Shown here one piece after another: positions 22,432-32,756 of a stretch of 62,763 nt of DNA. The translations under genes were made by a program, and so were the position numbers. Numbering within the stretch: the stretch's first letter is position 1; each line of letters starts with the position of its first letter. The notes beneath the pieces were generated by a model. It was not told where the DNA came from, did no database searches, and saw nothing but the letters and a program-made list of their open reading frames with translations. This stretch comes from a virus. Lineage: Duplodnaviria; Caudoviricetes. The stretch spans positions 1 through 62,763 of the IMG/VR virus record IMGVR_UViG_3300044641_003586. The stretch is one strand, 5' to 3'.

Positions 22432-23891
22432 GGGCCAGCAGTTGTTGTTGTAGTGGGCGGCTGAGTAGTGGTTGTGGTCGTTGTCGTGGTTGTGCTAGTT
22501 GTCGTAGTTGTCGGGCAAGTTGCCACTGCTGCTACTCCACTTGTGTAAAGATAAGTGGTCATTCCGTAAATGAAGTAGCCGTTGAACAAGGTGCTCAATC
22601 CAGCATCAGTAAATCCTGTGTCAGTGTTATTAAACGTAGAGTTCGCTGTATAGATAGTTACAGGATTTCCATCACAGTCCACTCCATTGTAAGCATACCC
22701 CGGAGGCGCAGTGGTTGTAGTGCTTGTGGAAGTGGTTGTGCTACTGGTTGTAGTTGTGCTGGAGGTAGTTGTGCTAGAGGTAGTTGTAGTTGTTGTGGGG
22801 CAGAACTGACCTTTTTCAGTTTTGAATCCAGAAGCAAATTGAACCAACTGTCTTGGATTAGCACTATCGTAGAAAAGTCCAGTAACAAGACCAAATGGAT
22901 CACGCGCTTCACACTCAGCAGATGAGTGGTAGTATGTCCGACCAAAACTAGGCCAATCATGGTAGTATAGCGTTACCGATGTAGATCCAGAACTGCATCC
23001 AAGGTAATACGTTTCAGAACCACATGGGGGAGAAGTTGTTGTAGTCGAAGTCGTTGTGGTAGAAGTTGTTGATGTGGTTGTTGAGCAATAGTTACCCAAA
23101 TTGGTTTTTATACCGTTAACGATTTCAACTAGCTCTCTAGGATAGCTATTGGTGTAATATAAAGCAGTTGCAAGGTAAGTTGGATCTAAAGATGCACAGG
23201 CATCCATTGTCTCGTAGTATTCATTTTCAGTTCCATTGAAATGATAATAGAGATTGGTGACAGAAGCATTTTCCTCACATCCCAAACGGAATGATTCTGT
23301 ATTGCACGGAGGCGGTGTCGTAGTTGTAGTCGTTGAAGTTGTAGTTGTCGTGCTGAATGGCGGACACGTTGTGCCTTGATAATATTTTACACCATCCACA
23401 AAATTGTATTTAGCCCGTGGATTTTCATCGCTGTAATAAACACCATTTACTAGGCTAAATGAATTGGATATTTCACAATCCGTTAGTGATTCATAATAAA
23501 TATTATTATAAGCATTATCAGTATGAGTGTAGAGATAAACAGAAATATCTCCCGGATCGCAACCAACCCACCACAACTCTGTCGAACATGGCCCGATTGT
23601 TGGTGTTGTTGTAGTTAGCGTAGGTGGAGGTGGATCACCACCAAGAAATGCAACTTGTCCAGTTATGATTCCATTTTTTGTTTGAAGCTGAAGAAAAGAT
23701 CCTGGTCCAAATGGAATTTGATTGTTACTAAAATCATCCACCTGAACATTGGATTTTGGTAATGTGCTAATAACCAAGGAGTTATCACTTCTTGGAATGT
23801 TGACTTCAATTCCAGACATTCCCCAAGTCCAGCTCCTATTATTAAATGGACTGCTGGTAGGATCAAAGTCGCCTTGAATGCCTTGTATCAT
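22428..23891 (-). CDS. Thr/Ser-tract, Cys-bounded repeat structural protein (tail/fibre-like)
   Basis: About four Tyr/Cys-rich modules separated by poly-T/S linkers. Confidence 0.7.
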   Translation of the reverse strand: MIQGIQGDFDPTSSPFNNRSWTWGMSGIEVNIPRSDNSLVISTLPKSNVQVDDFSNNQIPFGPGSFLQLQTKNGIITGQVAFLGGDPPPPTLTTTTPTIGPCSTELWWVGCDPGDISVYLYTHTDNAYNNIYYESLTDCEISNSFSLVNGVYYSDENPRAKYNFVDGVKYYQGTTCPPFSTTTTTSTTTTTTPPPCNTESFRLGCEENASVTNLYYHFNGTENEYYETMDACASLDPTYLATALYYTNSYPRELVEIVNGIKTNLGNYCSTTTSTTSTTTTSTTTTSPPCGSETYYLGCSSGSTSVTLYYHDWPSFGRTYYHSSAECEARDPFGLVTGLFYDSANPRQLVQFASGFKTEKGQFCPTTTTTTSSTTTSSTTTTSSTTTSTSTTTTAPPGYAYNGVDCDGNPVTIYTANSTFNNTDTGFTDAGLSTLFNGYFIYGMTTYLYTSGVAAVATCPTTTTTSTTTTTTTTTTQPPTTTTTAGP

Positions 23892-24733
23892 TGTATGACT
23901 TCCTCTGGAGGACTTGGCGGATAGATTGTTACACGCTCACGCAGCCAAAGACCATTAGTGGGTTGTTGTCTATCTTCAATGATGAAAGGTGCCCAATCAA
24001 GGAAATTAGTAGCTGGAAAAATCTGTCTGTTCACATTTCTTCCCATTGGAGCTGGAGCAACGCCGACTCCATAAATAATGGATTCAGCATTAAGTCTTGG
24101 GAAAACAACCGTTGGGTGAAGGCATCTTTGAAAGCTAATATTCAATCCAACATAAAATCCATCAATATCCGTTGGAACAGGTTGGGCATGAATCAAATCA
24201 TTCTCAGGCCATGCCACATCACTTAACAACTGCTCCACCTTAATAATGGAATTATGACTTACTGCTGGACGATAACGATAACGAGGCAGCAATCTATTGG
24301 TGGTTTCTGTTTTTGAGCCAATATTGATAACTTGAGGAAAGCCAATTACATTTGATACGAAAAGATCTTCCAAAACAGCAGGCCAAGTGTATTGGCGTGT
24401 GTCATACCAATAATTGAATGGTTTATTGCGTTCTGTCACTGTTTTGGGTTTGCCAAAATACAAAGTCACATGGTCAGCGTCACCTTTTTCACTCCGAAGG
24501 TAAACATAGTCACCATATCCGGGAAACTTACTCAAGAACTCACGGCCAACAGTCCATCCGCATTGGCGAAAAGTTGTTGGTTGCTTGCCATCAATCTTTG
24601 CGGATTGAGCGGATAAGAGTGTTGAACCATCTGGAAATACAAGTCCTGGACCTACTCTGTCCTGTGGAATGCGGACACTGAACATGAACTCCTCTTGATG
24701 AGGGGTCGTTAGGACTTGGAAATCGCTAGGCAT
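23888..24733 (-). CDS. putative tail protein
   Basis: 281-aa ORF coupled to both neighbours in the structural block. Confidence 0.55.
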   Translation of the reverse strand: MPSDFQVLTTPHQEEFMFSVRIPQDRVGPGLVFPDGSTLLSAQSAKIDGKQPTTFRQCGWTVGREFLSKFPGYGDYVYLRSEKGDADHVTLYFGKPKTVTERNKPFNYWYDTRQYTWPAVLEDLFVSNVIGFPQVINIGSKTETTNRLLPRYRYRPAVSHNSIIKVEQLLSDVAWPENDLIHAQPVPTDIDGFYVGLNISFQRCLHPTVVFPRLNAESIIYGVGVAPAPMGRNVNRQIFPATNFLDWAPFIIEDRQQPTNGLWLRERVTIYPPSPPEEVIQ

Positions 24734-25467
24734 TACTCGGTTTCAGGAGGTGAATTGGAGATTTGATCGCCATCTGCCCAAACAGCATACAGATATACTG
24801 GCGTAGTATTATTAGCTTGTTTAAAACGCCAATGAGTCTTTTTCAACAAGGTTTGACGCAATGGTATATGCGCTGCCTCATCACTCAAGGTATTAACCGT
24901 GGGCGTCAGTGTAAATCCACTGGTTGTTATAGTGGTCGATAGTCCAGAAGAAGGCGCACTACCCCCCATGCTTGGACCCTGTTCGCTTCTAGCAGAAGAC
25001 CCACCTCCATAGGCGAGAACAACTCCATTACCTCCAAATGGATTCGATGTGCTACTTTGGGCTGATCCGCCAAACTGTCCTTGCATATTAGAGTTAAACT
25101 GATCGCGGAACTCTGAACTCCATACAGATAATTCAGGCCGGGAATGAATCAAAACTCCAGCAGTAATATTAGACCCTAGATTGCCTGCTGATCCACCTGC
25201 GGATGCTGCAAGTTGGAAATCATTGCCGTTTTTGTTGACCACATAATATGTAGTATTAACCGCCAATGCAGAACCACCTGTTAGTGAGGTGAAATAAACT
25301 GGATCATTATTAGCAAGTTCATTGCCAACGATTGTCACCACATCAGTAGTATTATCACCTGTTACGCTAGGGTAAACGGTTTGCGCTCCCGTTAAGGTGA
25401 TTTCGTCGATTTTGGCAAATTTTTGCCAACGTCGATCTTTCCTGTATAAATATAGGTCTGAGGCCAT
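24733..25467 (-). CDS. putative tail/structural protein
   Basis: Likely start MASDL; ND.VYF...L..NTTYYVV....FQLA beta-domain seen in phage tail proteins. Confidence 0.6.
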   Translation of the reverse strand: MASDLYLYRKDRRWQKFAKIDEITLTGAQTVYPSVTGDNTTDVVTIVGNELANNDPVYFTSLTGGSALAVNTTYYVVNKNGNDFQLAASAGGSAGNLGSNITAGVLIHSRPELSVWSSEFRDQFNSNMQGQFGGSAQSSTSNPFGGNGVVLAYGGGSSARSEQGPSMGGSAPSSGLSTTITTSGFTLTPTVNTLSDEAAHIPLRQTLLKKTHWRFKQANNTTPVYLYAVWADGDQISNSPPETE

Positions 25468-25573
25468 GATTTTGCATTTTAACCGCTTGACAGGGGAAGG
25501 CAAGCGGGATTAAATGAACCCACAAATAGGTTTGCTCGGACTAGGAGCGATCCGACCCACAGCAAACCGCTCT

Positions 25574-25610
25574 GAGGCCGTCTTCTAGTCCAAGACGGCC
25601 TCTTTGTTTG
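25574..25610 (+). terminator. intrinsic terminator-like hairpin
   Basis: gaggccgtctt-ctagtcc-aagacggcctc followed by tttgtttg. Confidence 0.6.
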
Positions 25611-25824
25611 CCGTTCTAGAGTCAACACTCGCACCTGAAAAGGCGGTCACTTGGCAAAGGTAAAATCAACGGGTGTCGGTGTTAGTCCAGCCGACGTAAA
25701 TCGACCTTGGTAATTCTTGGTCATGTGCTCGCCGGTAGCAAAACTATCGGGGCAACGCCTGTCCATTCAACCGTGCTTATAATGCTGAGCTACCGTCACG
25801 GGGATAGGTCTGGGTCAAACCAGT

Positions 25825-26178
25825 ATGTTCTCGGCCTGCCTCACCGCTGAAAAGCAAGGTAATCGAAACATCGTAGTCTCCCCTTTTGGGGACTACTATG
25901 CCCCGACACAACCCCACACAACTGAAAGCAAGGTAAGTTACAACATGACAACTAATTCAGACTACTACACACCAAAAATAGCAAGAGAACTTCACATTGA
26001 CCTCAATATGACCAACGAAATCACCGAACTAAAACGCAAACTAGCCGAGCAAGACGAGATCATCCGAGAACTCAACGAGCGAGCTTCTAGCCATCTCATT
26101 ACCATGCTGAACACCGTTCAGAAGTTGAAGCTGGAAAACGATATGATGAACGCCAAACTGCGCCAGAAAAACCAATGA
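25825..26178 (+). CDS. hypothetical coiled-coil protein (start may be a downstream ATG)
   Basis: Stop is coupled to the HTH gene start. Confidence 0.45.
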   Translation: MFSACLTAEKQGNRNIVVSPFGDYYAPTQPHTTESKVSYNMTTNSDYYTPKIARELHIDLNMTNEITELKRKLAEQDEIIRELNERASSHLITMLNTVQKLKLENDMMNAKLRQKNQ

Positions 26179-26435
26179 ATTTATACAGAAGAACCCAGCA
26201 GCTCCAAGGGGCAGGGAGGTCAATGCAAAAGGCTGAGAAGGCTATGCGCGAAATCTGCAAGGCTATTGGCAAAGAACTGCGTCAAATGCGGGAAGATCGC
26301 CATATCAAACAGGTTACGCTGGCAAAGCAGTTAGGCATAAGTCCCTCCCATCTGTTTGAGATTGAAGATGGGTCTGTGATGCTGGATGAAAAAAGGTTGA
26401 AGCAGATTTATGGGCAGATCAAAGGTGATACATGA
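26175..26435 (+). CDS. XRE-family HTH regulator
   Basis: IGKELRQMRE..IKQVTLAKQLGISPSHLFEIEDG. Confidence 0.85.
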   Translation: MNLYRRTQQLQGAGRSMQKAEKAMREICKAIGKELRQMREDRHIKQVTLAKQLGISPSHLFEIEDGSVMLDEKRLKQIYGQIKGDT

Positions 26436-26843
26436 ACCTTTGCCCAAGATGCTATGCCAACGGACGATCTTTGTGGCCTACTTCATGTCTGTGCGTAGAT
26501 GGCGGTGCTCTTAAGCCTTCCGAGTTTCACGCATGGAACGCCACCCGTAGAATACCCTACAATCTCCCAAAGCAGGAAAAACCCGTTTTTAAACCAATCG
26601 TAAAACGAACCAAACTTGTATTCGGTCAAAATATGAAAAGACCTCAACGGGCAAAAAGCTGATTCCAATTTGCTAACATTGGATTAAGACGCTCGCCTGA
26701 ATCCTGATGCAATCGGCATTTGCAGTTGTTTTCTAGTGAGCATTCAATCCAAACAACTCCCGGTTCACAATGCAGTTTGGGATGCTGCTTGTGGCGGCAA
26801 ACGGCTTTGGCTTCAAAAGCGTTTTTGATTTTCTCGTAGTCAG

Positions 26844-27338
26844 TCATGCGTTAATGCGAATACGGCTGCGAATTCTAGACACATGCCGAGTTTTACGAAG
26901 AACAGCACCACCTTCGCGGGAGCCTGCTCCATCGGTATTCCCTTCAATGACACGGATATTCCTATTCTTGTCCGGTGCTGAGATGGCGATACCAATATGG
27001 CTGAACGTGAAAATCACAATGTCGCCAGCTTGAATATCGTTCTTATGAGGTTTGCGAGTATTCGTTGTGTTGTCTTGAGCCAATGACCAGTTCTCAAAGT
27101 CCCATGCGCCAGCAGTCCGAGGTCGCTTAAACGTCTTGGTTTCTTTGACGCCAGAAAGTGCCAAGGCTTCTCGGAAGCACCAACAAACAAATGCAGCGCA
27201 CCAAGGCCATCCGAGCTTGGGATTCAGCCAAGTTGCAGCTTTGTATTCGTCCACGCGAGGTCCACAGTTTGTTCCATTGACTTCAGTGACGCCAATTTCT
27301 TTGGTGGCTATCTGAACAATGGCTTCTGATAATTTCAT
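26844..27338 (-). CDS. CHAP-domain peptidoglycan hydrolase (endolysin)
   Basis: PWCAAFV, GDIVIF..SHIGI, IEGNT. Confidence 0.88.
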   Translation of the reverse strand: MKLSEAIVQIATKEIGVTEVNGTNCGPRVDEYKAATWLNPKLGWPWCAAFVCWCFREALALSGVKETKTFKRPRTAGAWDFENWSLAQDNTTNTRKPHKNDIQAGDIVIFTFSHIGIAISAPDKNRNIRVIEGNTDGAGSREGGAVLRKTRHVSRIRSRIRINA

Positions 27339-27432
27339 TTATTGGATGTGTAAATGATGATGACGCCCCAAACGAATAAGGCAATCGCGGTAAAGGTTAA
27401 GCCGAAAAGCTGTGCGAATGAAAACTCTTGAA

Positions 27433-27690
27433 TCATGGGAGGCTGTCTGGCTCGATCATACGAGCGTTGTTTTTGTGAAGGAACTTTGCCAGATCGGTGC
27501 TGAGTTTGTCCACAACATCTTCTGGCAAAGCCCACTCCCATTCATGGAGAAACTCATGGATGAGGATACGCAGGTGCGGTTGGCCTTTGAGCCTGGTATC
27601 AATCTCAATCTCACCGTTGCCGTGGGCTAGGCCAAGGGCGCGGTATCGCCCTAGCTTTCGCCTAGTCACGGTGATTGAGGTCGCTTTCAC
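27433..27690 (-). CDS. small zincin-like (HExxH) protein
   Basis: GLA..GEIEID.RL....LIHEFLH. Confidence 0.65.
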   Translation of the reverse strand: MKATSITVTRRKLGRYRALGLAHGNGEIEIDTRLKGQPHLRILIHEFLHEWEWALPEDVVDKLSTDLAKFLHKNNARMIEPDSLP

Positions 27691-28073
27691 AGCTTGGTTC
27701 GGACTTGCTTGACCATCAAAGTATTGGACCCGCGCACGTTTTTGGCGATCTGGTAATCCGTGTAGCGAGGATGACGCTTGATGGCTTTTTTGATTTTACT
27801 CTCAAGATCGTTGGCTTGAGGCTTTACCAATGGTCCATCGGATTCTTGCCTTTGCCGGTAGCATTTGACTCGAATCGTCATGCGCCGTTTGGCATCCCAA
27901 ACAGGAAACTCTTGGGCTTCAAAGACGCCTGATGCAAGTCCGCCACGCAAAAGATCGTGGACACGCTCTGGGGCGCATTGCAGTTCGATGGCTATTTTCT
28001 CTTTGGTGTCCCATCCAGCAGGGACGCGATATTTTTCAATGTTGATCTTATCAATGGCTTTTTGCCAGTTCAT
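27687..28073 (-). CDS. hypothetical, possible DNA-binding protein
   Basis: 128-aa ORF with two HTH-like segments; coupled to the next gene. Confidence 0.55.
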   Translation of the reverse strand: MNWQKAIDKINIEKYRVPAGWDTKEKIAIELQCAPERVHDLLRGGLASGVFEAQEFPVWDAKRRMTIRVKCYRQRQESDGPLVKPQANDLESKIKKAIKRHPRYTDYQIAKNVRGSNTLMVKQVRTKL

Positions 28074-28093
28074 AGGTTTGTTTTGGCGGGTTT

Positions 28094-29089
28094 TCAGACG
28101 AAAATGGGGAACGTGACCGTTCTTCCATATCGTTTGTCAAAGATGAAGCCAGTCTGTGAAGGTGGCTCGTATGGGGCTTTAATGGCAATGGAGTAAGCAT
28201 TGTATCCAATAAGGCTATTGTTACAAATCCACTTGGGATTCTGCTGCGATTGATGCCAATGCCCGAAGATGTCGAGGTCTGCTGGAACGCCTTTGTTCCA
28301 CGCAGCGATAGCTTTTTCGACTGGAATGGTCAGACCACCGACACCACCTTGGTATTGCAAACCGTCTCCGTGGTGAATGCGGAGTGTCTTGCCGTAAAGG
28401 TCAAGAAGCAGATGGTAGCCGTCAGAGACATGCCAAGAGGCTTTGTCTCTCAGATGCTTTGCCATCGTCTTGTAGAGCATCCATTCGTAGCTGTTGGCCG
28501 CACCTGTGGCGTGTCGGGGTTTGCGCGTGTTGCGACCATGATTTCCGTAACAACATGGTATTACAATCTCACCAAAGTTCTTGGTAAGTAGATCAACTCC
28601 GCTTGCAATTTGGTCTTGAAGCCACAGAACCGTTTGTGTTGGCGATAGAGCGTTGTTCTCCATCAGTTCCTCATGGATGTAGCCCGTCATCAAGTCACCC
28701 CCTAAAACAAGCACTAAACGCTCAATTTTGGCCCCATGCCGCTGAATCTCAGCCATGCGGACGATAGACTGCCAAAAACGGTTAATGCGTTGCTCGGCAA
28801 TGTCGAGGTTGAACTCGTTGAGGCCGTTGATCGTCTTGCCTTCCACCGTTTCCTCCACATGCCAGTCAGAGGCTACGGCAACAAATGTGGCCTCGGCATC
28901 GGTTTCCTTGGCAACTTTGATTTTGGATGCCACTGGCTTTTCACCGGAAATGCCAAGGGCAATGTTGAGTTGCTGATCCTTTTCGGCAATGACGGCAAGG
29001 AGCTTCTTGCGCTCTACCTCATGGTCCGCCACCGTTTTCTTGTGACGAATCTCTTGGGTTTCGTGGACAGCGGCAGACCAGTTTTTCAT
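28094..29089 (-). CDS. calcineurin-like metallophosphoesterase
   Basis: SDWH, GGDL, GNHG, HHGD, GHWH. Confidence 0.88.
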   Translation of the reverse strand: MKNWSAAVHETQEIRHKKTVADHEVERKKLLAVIAEKDQQLNIALGISGEKPVASKIKVAKETDAEATFVAVASDWHVEETVEGKTINGLNEFNLDIAEQRINRFWQSIVRMAEIQRHGAKIERLVLVLGGDLMTGYIHEELMENNALSPTQTVLWLQDQIASGVDLLTKNFGEIVIPCCYGNHGRNTRKPRHATGAANSYEWMLYKTMAKHLRDKASWHVSDGYHLLLDLYGKTLRIHHGDGLQYQGGVGGLTIPVEKAIAAWNKGVPADLDIFGHWHQSQQNPKWICNNSLIGYNAYSIAIKAPYEPPSQTGFIFDKRYGRTVTFPIFV

Positions 29090-29243
29090 GGCTTAAATGG
29101 GGGGAGATTTATTTCTTCATCCCCTTGGGAATCTTCCCAAATGGAATGCCAAGGAACGATAAAGTATTTTTACCTTGGGTTTTGACAGCTTTCTTGACAG
29201 TTTTCTTTGTAGAGGATGCTTTGTTGTGTTTCATGGTAGTATT

Positions 29244-29468
29244 TTAAGGTCTAAGTGCTTCTTGGACTCGTTTCAAGTAAAGATCGGCTGAATACCAGCG
29301 TTCGTCAACTTGGGCGCGATAAAGTCCTTGTTTCGTCTGGATCTTCGTTCCCGCCAAGATTTCGAGTGTGTCCGGCGAGTAAAGCTGCATGGAGTCTTCG
29401 ACGGTAGGTGAGCGCTGAGCGCAAGCGGTCAGCAGAAGCCCTGTCAGTAGGATTACCCGTTTTTTCAT
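29244..29468 (-). CDS. outer-membrane lipoprotein spanin (Rz1-like)
   Basis: MKKRVILLTGLLLTAC lipobox; overlaps the upstream gene in another frame. Confidence 0.7.
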   Translation of the reverse strand: MKKRVILLTGLLLTACAQRSPTVEDSMQLYSPDTLEILAGTKIQTKQGLYRAQVDERWYSADLYLKRVQEALRP

Positions 29469-29595
29469 ACCGAATGATCTTCTCTGTGAGCTGTTCACAT
29501 TCATCTGTGATCTTCCAGGCCAACCATAATGGAAACGCTTTAGCAGAGGCGGCAAAGCCTTCTAAAACAGCCGTTATAGCGGCAAAGAGTATCAT
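29305..29595 (-). CDS. inner-membrane spanin (Rz-like)
   Basis: Hydrophobic N-terminus then helical region; lies between the holin and the lipoprotein. Confidence 0.6.
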   Translation of the reverse strand: MILFAAITAVLEGFAASAKAFPLWLAWKITDECEQLTEKIIRYEKTGNPTDRASADRLRSALTYRRRLHAALLAGHTRNLGGNEDPDETRTLSRPS

Positions 29596-29771
29596 TTCTT
29601 GTCGGTGACATTAAGGCCAATATGCTTGAGAAAAGCGATAATCTTCTCAAGAACCGTGTCGTCCTTGGGAGTAGGGGTTAGCTTCACAATGATGCGAGCG
29701 GCACCCATAATGAGGCCAATAGCAGCACCGATTTCAACCCAATGATTCACAACGTAGTTCACAATGTTCAT
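29592..29771 (-). CDS. holin-like membrane protein (absent from the ORF track)
   Basis: MNIVNYVVNHWVEIGAAIGLIMGAARIIVKLTPTPKDDTVLEKIIAFLKHIGLNVTDKK; TM segment plus TPTPKDD motif. Confidence 0.7.
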   Translation of the reverse strand: MNIVNYVVNHWVEIGAAIGLIMGAARIIVKLTPTPKDDTVLEKIIAFLKHIGLNVTDKK

Positions 29772-29803
29772 AGTTTTAGTTAGTTAGACGGTTTAATCTG
29801 GCA

Positions 29804-30040
29804 TCATTTCTTAATTGTGCTAGTAGCAACTCGGCTCAGAGTTCCTTTGATTTCGGAAATATCTTTGGTGTGCTCATCAATCTTGCCCTCATGGGCATCA
29901 AGACGCTGTTGATGGACATTGATAATGGCTTCTGTCCTGCCCTTAATTTCACCAACACTCATCACCTGAATGCCTATGGTTGTTAAGGCGGTAACAACAC
30001 CAAGGGTTATGAGAAGTTTATTCTGTGCTTTTTCGCTCAT
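29804..30040 (-). CDS. small membrane-anchored coiled-coil protein (lysis module)
   Basis: N-terminal TM segment and C-terminal coiled coil. Confidence 0.55.
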   Translation of the reverse strand: MSEKAQNKLLITLGVVTALTTIGIQVMSVGEIKGRTEAIINVHQQRLDAHEGKIDEHTKDISEIKGTLSRVATSTIKK

Positions 30041-30138
30041 GGTTAGTTTGAAATGAAAAGATTAACCATCTTGGAGGGTGGATTGTTTTTGGATGAGTTG
30101 GTCAATAAAGGAAAAGGCTTCTAGCAGTTTCATGGTGG

Positions 30139-31434
30139 TTATGCGTTTGCTATGGTGGTTACAGTGCCAGAACTGCCGCGATACTTGAGTGCTCCGGCCT
30201 CAACATAAAGAATACCTCCGCCAGTAGGATTTGTGCTAGGAACGGGAGAGGCATTGCTAATAGCAAGCGCACCACTGCCATCACCAAGTTTGGATGAACT
30301 AATACTGCCAGCAAGCATAGTATTAGTAATGCCGTTGGATGGCACTGTGAGTGATCCTGAACTAAGGTTCAAACCAGAACCTACGGTGATTTCTTGTCCC
30401 ACAGCAAAGGTGCCGCCAGTGCCAAAAAGACGATTGCTATTTGAACCTGTAATCTGGTTCGGTGCGACAGTATTTTGAATCGCTAGAAAACCAAGCCCAA
30501 GAGTAAATCGAGCAGTCACAGCATCTGCATCGTCAATCAGAGTGCGCCCAAAGCTAGATAAATCCGTAACCGCTGCTGTGCCAGAGCCGATGAAGTAGGG
30601 CAGTTTATTCGCCGCACTAGTAAGTCCAGCCAAAGCATTCAAATTTGCATTGGCAGTTTGATACACCCAATTTACACGAATGAATAAAGTGCCGTTATTA
30701 GGATGAGCATGAACTACTGCCGCCACTTGAACAATATCACCTGTGGTCGGGGCTACATTGGTTAAACTACCACTGGTGTTGCCAGCGTAAAGGATGTTGC
30801 CATCCACCCAAGTTTGCGAATAGTTACCACCGTTGGTTTGAATGCCGCGAAGTTTGCCGAAAGCAATGACAAAACCTTCAGTTCCATTTGCTAAAGATTC
30901 TGCCGTCAACCCCATGAAGTAAGTAGATGGTCCAACTCCATCCCAAGGTTTCACAAGCAACTTGCCACTGTTGCCAGTCGTTCCAGCGAACATTACTGGC
31001 ACACCTTTGGCAATCGGACTTCCAGTTGAGTTTTTGACATGGAAAACAACATGCTCGCCCACATGAAGGGCAAAGCCATTAAGCTGAATATCAACGGTTT
31101 CCTCGTCCACATTCCACATGGCTTGACCCTGTGTAGTCAAACTGCCAGTTGGGGTGGTATCAAAAGCAATACTGTTGACGTTGGCTAGATCACCAAAATC
31201 CGACTCGGTAATTTGACTATTTTGAATGATCTTCCCACTCGTCCCATCAAAACGAACTAACTGATTATCAAGCGATGTGCTAGAACTGGTTACATCACCC
31301 ACTCCGCTAGATGGCGGCGCAACATTGACCAAAACTTCACCAGCAATCGTGGTATTAACTACAATCGCTCCATCCACCGTTACTTCAACCGTAGGCGCTG
31401 AATCTCCAGTAACAATGATGGTGGGTTCATTCAT
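30139..31434 (-). CDS. tail fibre-like protein
   Basis: [24 protein letters not shown]; [15 protein letters not shown]...[22 protein letters not shown]; [21 protein letters not shown]. Confidence 0.8.
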   Translation of the reverse strand: MNEPTIIVTGDSAPTVEVTVDGAIVVNTTIAGEVLVNVAPPSSGVGDVTSSSTSLDNQLVRFDGTSGKIIQNSQITESDFGDLANVNSIAFDTTPTGSLTTQGQAMWNVDEETVDIQLNGFALHVGEHVVFHVKNSTGSPIAKGVPVMFAGTTGNSGKLLVKPWDGVGPSTYFMGLTAESLANGTEGFVIAFGKLRGIQTNGGNYSQTWVDGNILYAGNTSGSLTNVAPTTGDIVQVAAVVHAHPNNGTLFIRVNWVYQTANANLNALAGLTSAANKLPYFIGSGTAAVTDLSSFGRTLIDDADAVTARFTLGLGFLAIQNTVAPNQITGSNSNRLFGTGGTFAVGQEITVGSGLNLSSGSLTVPSNGITNTMLAGSISSSKLGDGSGALAISNASPVPSTNPTGGGILYVEAGALKYRGSSGTVTTIANA

Positions 31435-31799
31435 GTAATCGAAGTGTAATTGGGTAGAACTTCTCCAGTTCCGTCAAGTGGCGTAAAAACATAAGTAGGC
31501 GATGAATCATCTGATGTTTCAATCTGCCAAATGTATTTACCAACTGGAAGGTTGTATCTGCCGGGATTGACTGTGAAAGTCCAGTTTGCAGCACTTGTAA
31601 TTGTGATGTCGCCGTTTGCACTGGTAAGCTCCAACGCAGGAACGGTGTTTTGGGCAGCTACTTTGAAACCCATCTTGACTGAATCAAGATCACCGGGAGC
31701 CAACGGATTCTGAATGGTGATGGACGACAAGCCATTCCAAGTGTCACCAGACACCCAGACGACCATTGCGTTGACTTCTGGTGAGGTTGCAGGGCGCAT
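31431..31799 (-). CDS. BppU-like Ig-fold baseplate/fibre adaptor
   Basis: GDTW ... [11 protein letters not shown] ... G..EV pattern. Confidence 0.55.
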   Translation of the reverse strand: MRPATSPEVNAMVVWVSGDTWNGLSSITIQNPLAPGDLDSVKMGFKVAAQNTVPALELTSANGDITITSAANWTFTVNPGRYNLPVGKYIWQIETSDDSSPTYVFTPLDGTGEVLPNYTSIT

Positions 31800-31805
31800 A
31801 ATGAT

Positions 31806-32756
31806 TTACCAAACTCTAGGTAATGGGAAGGTGACGTTAGTTCCAGCAGTCATGCCAGAAATGTTGAAGCTGCTTGTGGCAGTAATTGAACCTGTGCCGC
31901 CACCAATGTTTCCAACAAGTTGAACTGTTCCATTGTTAGTAGTAACTGTCCCGTAATTAGATGAAACTGATCCACTACTTGAATTAGTAGTTACAGTTCC
32001 ATAATTAGAATTTATATTTCCGCTATTTGTTGTTACGGTTGCTGAGCCGCTATTGCTTGTAACAGCTCCACCACTTGCATTGGTAGTAACTATTCCAGAA
32101 TTATTGGTTGTAACAGTTCCACCGGAACTATTGGTTGTAACAGTTCCATCATTTGATGAAACTACACCACCATTGGCATTTGTGGTTACTGTGGAGCCAG
32201 ATTTATTATCACTTACAGTCCCGCTGTTGGTTGTAACAGTTCCATAGTTGTTAGTAACAATAGCTCCACTTGCATTTGTAGTTACCGATGCACCAAAATT
32301 ATTATTATCTATGGTTCCATTATTTGTAGTTACAGTTGAACTACCTTGATTGGTATTTATAGTTCCATTGTTAGTGGTAACTGTTCCACCTGCGTTTATT
32401 GTAACAGTTGCACCAACAGAATTGGTAGTAACCAACCCATAATTGTTATTAACGGTGCTATCATTTGTAACAACCGTTCCACTGTTAGAATCAACGATTT
32501 GAGGGTTGGTTGTAATAACTCCACCACTTGCATTGGTAACATTTGCAGTTCCGTTGTTGGTGGTAACTGTTCCGTAATTGATTACAGTGTTGTATCCACT
32601 TGACTGAATTTCATCAACTGTGTTACCAGCATTGATTTCACAATCATCGCTTCCAGTTGGAACAGCACCATTTGGAATAGTGCCAGCCTGGTCTTGAAAC
32701 CAATTGTTTGAGTCGTTCCAAAGTCCAGAACCTTGATTTATGTAGTAAAGAGTCAT
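31806..32756 (-). CDS. beta-solenoid repeat fibre/spike protein
   Basis: Many (G.)VTTN repeats; N-terminal W...NW...VP...DD motif. Confidence 0.7.
   Translation of the reverse strand: MTLYYINQGSGLWNDSNNWFQDQAGTIPNGAVPTGSDDCEINAGNTVDEIQSSGYNTVINYGTVTTNNGTANVTNASGGVITTNPQIVDSNSGTVVTNDSTVNNNYGLVTTNSVGATVTINAGGTVTTNNGTINTNQGSSTVTTNNGTIDNNNFGASVTTNASGAIVTNNYGTVTTNSGTVSDNKSGSTVTTNANGGVVSSNDGTVTTNSSGGTVTTNNSGIVTTNASGGAVTSNSGSATVTTNSGNINSNYGTVTTNSSSGSVSSNYGTVTTNNGTVQLVGNIGGGTGSITATSSFNISGMTAGTNVTFPLPRVW

Noticed and set aside
31806-32756. Ice-binding/antifreeze protein
   Set aside because: VTTN repeats indicate a beta-solenoid but not a regular TxT ice-binding face; the context favours a fibre or spike.
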